Positions 56,261 through 64,000 of a DNA stretch of 64,000 nucleotides are shown one piece after another. The notes under the pieces were generated by a model. That model searched no databases and was not told the DNA's origin. It saw nothing but the letters and a program-made list of their open reading frames with translations. The translations under genes were made by a program, and so were the position numbers. Each line of letters starts with the position of its first letter. Position 1 is the first letter of the stretch. The DNA comes from the human T2T-CHM13v2.0 reference genome, Homo sapiens. The stretch is from the NCBI RefSeq assembly GCF_009914755.1, contig NC_060930.1; one strand, given 5' to 3'.

Positions 56261-57083
56261 AAAGCGGAAAATGATGCTGCGGAAGGAGGCAACAGAGTGT
56301 TAGAGAAGAGAGAGGAAGTAGCGTGCTAGGATTACACTGACTGCTCCAAGGATTTATTACCATGACTCTTGCATGAGTTGAAGAAGATTTCTTATGTGAA
56401 TGATCCCATTTGATAAAATAAAAGTTATATATCTAATAAAATAAGGGTTGCATGTGCCATAACTTAACTTTCACAGGAAAATTATTTTCATTTCTTCTTA
56501 TAAGAAGAACACAGGGGTGCACATGTGTTTTCCTGGATATAAATACTGGCTGTTGTGCCCTCAGACAGGAGAGGGAAGGTGTAAAGTTTGCAGTTAACCT
56601 GGTGTACTTTGGGGCAGATGGCCTCTTCCACCTCCTGTGGGCCTCATGTCATGTACTCCAGACAGCTGTTTGCTCTGCCTATTTTGGCCAGTGACCTGCT
56701 GTTTCTGCTTTTACTCTTCTATAATTTGTTGAAAATGCTTATTAAGTGGCAACTACCATCTTCTAATTTTATTTGATATTGTAGAGTAATCTTTCTTTGT
56801 TTCCCAATGTATTTACTTCAGTGGATTCTGAAGGTACAGAAAGCAAATATGAATGTGTTAGCTTATTCTTCTTGAACTCAAGAATGAAATTATTTTTATG
56901 ACTTACTATAATTTTGAAATAAATATTATATAAATGTAGATGAGACAACAGTGTTGTAGCAGAGAAGGCCAATCTGTAGTTTTGAAACTGAAATGAAAGA
57001 AGAGCAAAGGTAGCAGTTTATGGAAAAACAAATCTTGAGTATGTGGCTTGAATATGCCTCAAGTTTTTTTTTTTTTAAAGCAC

Positions 57084-57300
57084 TATTTAGGATGGTAGAA
57101 GAAAATCAGAAATGCATGAAGAAAATGTTTCAATAAACAGAGTCATCTATTATACCCATTGCTACTGAGGGTTAAAGATATATAAGGACTGGGAATTGGA
57201 TACTGAATTTAGCAATGAGAAGGACCTTGACAAAAGTTGTTTTCATTCAGTGGTAAGAGACAAAGCCAGACTGGATTCCATTTAGGAAAAATGAGGAGAG
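57084..57300 (+). repeat. 217-bp dispersed direct duplicate of 55648-55864
   Basis: Identical by eye except G55730 versus T57166; offset 1436 bp. Confidence 0.95.
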
Positions 57301-58045
57301 CATTTTGTCTATAATCATAGACAAAATGATTAAGGTATGCATACAGCTTTACATTTTTAATTCATTGTTTCTTTTTCTATTTGGACAGTCAGTATGGAAA
57401 TCTTTAGTAGAGAAGATACTGGCAACATTACAGAACATAATGTCCTTTGGGACATGAACTTCACTCAGCCTTTCATTATGACGATGCTAATCTACTTTGG
57501 TTATTTACATCACCCACTTTGCATTATAAAACAGTAATTTAGTGGTTACAATATTCTTATTTTTATTGATGATAAAGAGAAAGCCTTGCAAGTGACAGCT
57601 TTTTGGTGTAATAACTTGCATAGGCTCTGTAATTGATGAGTCCCTTATGAGAAGGGTCTGTTTTCACAGCATTCATTATACACATCATCAAGTTTGCACA
57701 ACTAACACCAGGATGATGTACAGATCAGCATGTACGTATTATTCTGCCCATGTCCCTGCCTATGAAGAAGGAAACCAAATTTGTGGTTGCAGCTCTTTTA
57801 CCCAATAACTCTCTGACCTTCCAGAAATTACTTAAAGTGTCTGAGCCTCAGGATTTTGGTATGATATATTAGGATAACAGTACCAGCTCTGCCTGTTTTA
57901 CAGAGTAGATGACTGGCTAAAGTACTTTAACAGACATGCGAAACTCATATTTGCTATTGCTATCCTCACATCCCCCCTGTAGGATTTAGATGGTATTTAG
58001 TTTCCTCTGTGTCTTTCCCTTCCTCCCGTCTTCTTGCATTTATAG

Positions 58046-58266
58046 ATATTTTTGCATGGTAACAACCTGAACAGTCTACACCAACTAATTCATCCTGAGA
58101 TCCTGCCCTCTGAGTTTGGAGGAATGCTGCCTCCTTATGACATGGGGACATGGGCAAGAACACTGCTAGACCATGAATATGACGATGACAGCGAGTACAA
58201 TGTAGACTCCTACAGCATGCCTGTGAAGGAAGTAGAGAAGGAACTCTCCCCAAAGTCCATGAAGAG
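58046..58266 (+). CDS. CLVS2: Clavesin-2 coding exon 4 (end of CRAL-TRIO domain plus acidic linker)
   Basis: Long pyrimidine tract ending tttatag|, translating to [73 protein letters not shown] (LP.E.GG Sec14 motif). Donor AG|GTATGC at 58267; 221 nt, ends in phase 2. Confidence 0.95.
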
Positions 58267-58436
58267 GTATGCTGGAGGTAGACTGGGGAGTGGGCTGGGC
58301 CAGGGCAGGGAGAGGCATCCTGAGTCAAACTCAAAGCTTTCTGTTTTTCTGTATACATTTTTCTGGTGGGATTTTAAAACTCTTTATGCCCTATGATTGT
58401 ATGTCTAAGAGTTTTGAGTCAAAGATAAAGTCATTT

Positions 58437-58772
58437 TCTTATAGTGAGAACATTTAAAATTTATTCTCTTAGCGGTTTTCAAATATACAATACATTATTA
58501 TCATATATTTGAAAACTGTAGTAACCCTGATGTATGATAGATCTCCCAAACTTATTCTTCCTGTCTAATTGAAACTTTGTACTTTTTGATGAATATCTCC
58601 CTATCCACCCCCCCAAACCATCCTGCCTCATCCCAGTGCTTGGTAACCACCATTCTACTATCTATTTCTATGAGTTCGACTTTTTTTAGATTCCACATAT
58701 AAGTGAAATCATGCAGTATTTTTCCATCACATTGTATTCCATAACTATATGCAATTATCTGTCAATTAAGGA
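58437..58772. mobile_element. L1MA-type 3' fragment with 5' inversion and 16-bp TSD
   Basis: Antisense 3' UTR segment at about 58437-58722, then the sense terminal segment catcacattgtattccataactatatgcaattatctgtcaattaa; TSD aaagataaagt(c/a)attt at 58421-58436 and 58773-58788. Confidence 0.8.
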
Positions 58773-59563
58773 AAAGATAAAGTAATTTGAGGTAACCTCA
58801 ACTTAGTGTTGTTCCAAATTCACAGACAGTCTAGCAGGGCCCTTGGAAGTCACCAAATCTGGTGGTTTTCAAATTGTATCCTGAGAAACCAAAGGTTTTG
58901 AGGGGGTGCCTTAGGCCAAGTAGGTGGAGTAGAGAGAGTGCCCATTTCCACTGTTGTGGGAGCAACTCTCCTATAAGCAATTTATTGGATTTCTGTGTAA
59001 GATTTCTTTTGAAGAAAGCAACCACACACACCAGTTCAAACACTGTGTTCAAAGTTTCTGGTCCTTTTTCAATATCTCTGCCAAGTCTTTGTCTAAAGGT
59101 CTAAACATTACTGGTACAAAACATTGTATTTCACTTCAGTTTTAATCTTTATAGAGTTCATTGTTGAGTCAGAGTCCAAATACCTGCTTTGACTCTCACA
59201 GCACTTTTATGCCTTTTATCTTTCAATCAATAGTCTGGGGAGTTGTCAGACATTGCACAAATGCATACCTGGCTCTGAGTTTGCATTCTGTCACAAACAA
59301 GTAGATGTGTAATTCTCAGACTTCCCAGGCAACCACAGCTCAGGGTCCATTTGGATAACAGTAACAAATATTACTTCTCCAGTTCATTTCACATTCACAG
59401 AAGTATGGGCACCGTAGCCCCTGCAAGTCTCCCCTCACCTAGCTCAGGGAGGATACAAGGACAATGAACGGGTCATGCCAATGTCTGGCATCCTTCTCTG
59501 ATGAAAGCCTTAAGGCCCTTTGCCCATAGCTCTGACTCATGGAGTAATGTGCCTGTTCTTTAA

Positions 59564-59882
<319 letters not shown>

Positions 59883-60079
59883 AGGATGGTCTCTTTTATG
59901 CTGCTGCCTCTGTTGTGATTGTTGTTAGTATGTGTGTGCATTGATTTCCTCTCTCCAGGCTGCTGCACAACTCCTTGGAGAGAACGGAAAGGCCAGAAAT
60001 TTTCCCTGCTCTAATTTTCCACTAGTTAGCAAGCTTATATTTAAACCAACTTTAGGCTTCTTAACTCCCTTCTTTTAGA

Positions 60080-60292
60080 ACAGAACTTCTCAAGATCTCT
60101 GCTCTCCTAAGGGGTTCATGGATGGGCTCTCAAAGGATTCTGTTAAGTGCTAAAAGTTGTATGCAAAATTTTGTGTGCGTAAGTATGAATGTACTATATG
60201 TATATGTCATGCATATATTTTCTGGGGAGAAGTCATATATTTCATCAAATTATTTGAAAGTTTTTAAAAACAAAAGTGGTTAAAAGCAACTC
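60080..60292. mobile_element. Probable hAT-Charlie-type MER remnant
   Basis: ggggttcatggatgggctctc...gtatgcaaaattttgtgtg...tttctggggaga...tttcatcaaatt...ggttaaaagcaact resembles recalled Charlie MITE text. Confidence 0.4.
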
Positions 60293-60729
60293 CCCCTAAA
60301 ATAGTTTTCTTCTAATAAAATAATCCTAATGATAACAGTTGTTATAATCTATCATTTACTAGGTACTTTTCATGAAGTAGGTGTCTTTTTTTTACATTAA
60401 TTTATAAATCCTCACAACAACCGTGTTAAACAGATACTGCATCCTCAACGTTAGGTAGTCTATATATAGTGGAGCAGAGGGCTCCACTGCATGAGATGTG
60501 GAGTCTTTCACACCACTGACATAAAGCCTGCCTACCCTTCGTGGCACAGAGGCCCTTTCTCAGAACTGAACTACATAAGGATTTGGAGGCAGCTGTCATC
60601 GGTGTCCACTAGTGTTCTTCTTTGTCAGCTAATGAGGCCCTTTTTCTTCAGCCATTCTGCCTGAGGCATGATTCCTCATGTGGCCCATCACGTGAGCACA
60701 TTTTTCTCTGTATCTTCTACACATCACCT

Positions 60730-61725
<996 letters not shown>

Positions 61726-62689
61726 GAGTGCTCTGCTGCCCATCAGTGGCCCCCTTTAAGTGCAGTATTCATAACTGAATAGGGAACATCTAACCTGGTA
61801 TTGGCACTTGCATTTAAGTTGCAGAGTTCTGGCTTTGCAGGATAGACCTCACTGGCTTCTTTGGGTTGCTGTTGTTGTCACTGTTGCTATTGTTCAAGCA
61901 GCCAAAACTGACTGGTATGGGGGTTCCTAAAACTGGAAAGTCTCTTTACTTACCAATCCATATCCTCCTATTGTTTAGGTTTGTCCTCCAATCACATTAT
62001 TTTAATTGATTAAGGCCCATCTTGTTAGATATAGCCTAGTCTATCCACCTTTTGTATCCTGATTCTTTTCTCCAATTAAATAGACCATTTTCTCCCCTAC
62101 ACACTTTGCTTGTAGCCCATTAGTGGCCCCAGTCCTGAGTTTCCTGCTGGTGTCATGGGCTGATTAGAGTTTTAGGCATTGTTTGGTGTACGTTTGGTAT
62201 CATATGAAACATTTATGATTCTATGGAAAACTGAAAAATGAGATTAAGAAAGGTGTTGCACTTGATTCTCATGTTCTCTATGTCAGGGAATGGCAGTTCG
62301 CCATCCAGGACAAGAGAAGATTGCTCCTATGTTCCACACTGATTCCCCTTGGCCCTTTTCTTTTTGTAGTTTTATGATATCTTTAGATTAAGAGGGAGAA
62401 AATAATTCCATCACTAAAGAGTTGTGGATAATTCTTCTTTTGGGTAAATGTAGCTAGACATGCAAAAAGATGACTTGTCTTTTTGTATTAATTTCTGGAG
62501 GAGAAGCATAGTCATGTGTAAATATGCAAAGTTCACTAGACTAAGTATTTTAGAACTGGAGAGTGTCTTTTACCTTATGCCGCCAATGCCTAAGATAGTG
62601 CCTGGCACATAACAGTAGTGAGTAAAGTAACCATACCTATTTCATGATACGCACTTCTGATTATTGAATATTGAATATATTATTATTGA

Positions 62690-63140
62690 ATAAGGTTAAG
62701 CATTTATTATTGCTTTGTGCCAAACCCTGTTCCAATGCTCTATGTATGTTGATTCATTTGCTTCTTGAAGCAAGTAATAAAGTAGTAGTATCCCCATTTT
62801 ATTGATAGAGAGACTGAGAAACAGGAAAGGTAAGTGACTTCCACATGTTGCATAACTACAAAGTAGCAATGCTAATATCTGTACATAGGCAATAGTATTC
62901 CATGAGCCATTTCATTAACCATATGCCAGAATTTGTGCCGGGGTTTATGGATGCATTGTTGCATCTGATACTCATTATAACTTTATGATGTGGGTATTAT
63001 TTTTCCCATCTTAAACAATAAAGAACAAAATCTTAGGAAGTTTAGTCTTCCCATGATCACACAGCTAGTAAACTGCTGTTATTAGCAACTGGAGTTATGA
63101 TCTACTTCTGTCCGAAATCTAGTTTCTTAAACACTATGTA
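62690..63140 (-). mobile_element. Two adjacent MIR remnants
   Basis: ccccattttattgatagagagactgagaaacaggaaaggtaagtgacttcc and ttttcccatcttaaacaataaagaac...cccatgatcacacagctagtaa. Confidence 0.6.
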
Positions 63141-63218
63141 TTGTAGATGCATGAGAAATGAGTATTGGATATCTAAATCTAAATTACTAGTTTTCAAGAA
63201 AGAAAGAAAAGTTATTCA

Positions 63219-63566
<348 letters not shown>

Positions 63567-64000
63567 AGAAACCTCTGAGATGTATGAGTTAATGATAGCT
63601 CCCTCTGCTGTGGCTAGAATAAATCAATTCATTAATACTTCTGATCCTGCACAAATAATCCTGTTCTGTCATAAAAGAGACTAAAAAAAAATTGGACTAA
63701 AATAACTATACACTTGGGACAACTAAATACCAAAAAGAAAAAGAATTAATCACAAATTGTTTCTGACTCACTTTTGTTCTGTGATTGAGGCATTGTTTCA
63801 CATATGGAATCAGCATTCATCATCCAACAATCCTCATATCTGTAGTGCATACTAAAAGCAAACTAGAAACTTAATCCCAGCTTGAATAATACACTGTAAT
63901 TTAAAATATTTTGTTAAAAATGTCATATTCTCTAATATTGTTTTCAAAAACAGTCAGGAAACACACAGACTTAGAATGTGTATATGTGAGCATGTCTGTA

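Noticed and set aside
57062-57300. L1-mediated retrocopy explanation for the 217-bp duplicate
   Set aside because: The poly(T) is separated from the copy by aaagcac, which is absent from the source flank, and no 7-20-bp TSD is evident.
57966-58358. 130-aa minus-strand ORF overlapping exon 4
   Set aside because: It is the antisense shadow of a GC-richer coding exon, with no independent support.

Overview
This is primate (very likely human) genomic DNA covering most of CLVS2 (clavesin-2, a neuronal CRAL-TRIO/Sec14 lipid- and clathrin-binding protein) on the + strand. Four coding exons splice in frame through GT-AG introns: 23-411, 13222-13396, 50862-50972 and 58046-58266, giving 896 nt (298 codons + 2 nt). 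I did not find the terminal coding exon in the window. The rest is AT-rich intron containing Alus, L1 fragments, L2/MIR relics, LTR/ERV remnants, a Tigger-type DNA transposon and microsatellites. There is no prokaryotic-type system (no CRISPR array, operon or IS element). The most unusual item is a 217-bp near-perfect (216/217) dispersed copy of an ancient L2 segment, inserted 1.44 kb downstream next to a perfect hairpin. Also notable are an old L1 with twin-priming inversion architecture, an ERVL protease fossil, candidate REST and CTCF sites, a candidate recursive splice site, and inverted Alus around two exons. Repeat subfamily names come from recalled consensus sequences, and the boundaries of old repeats are approximate.
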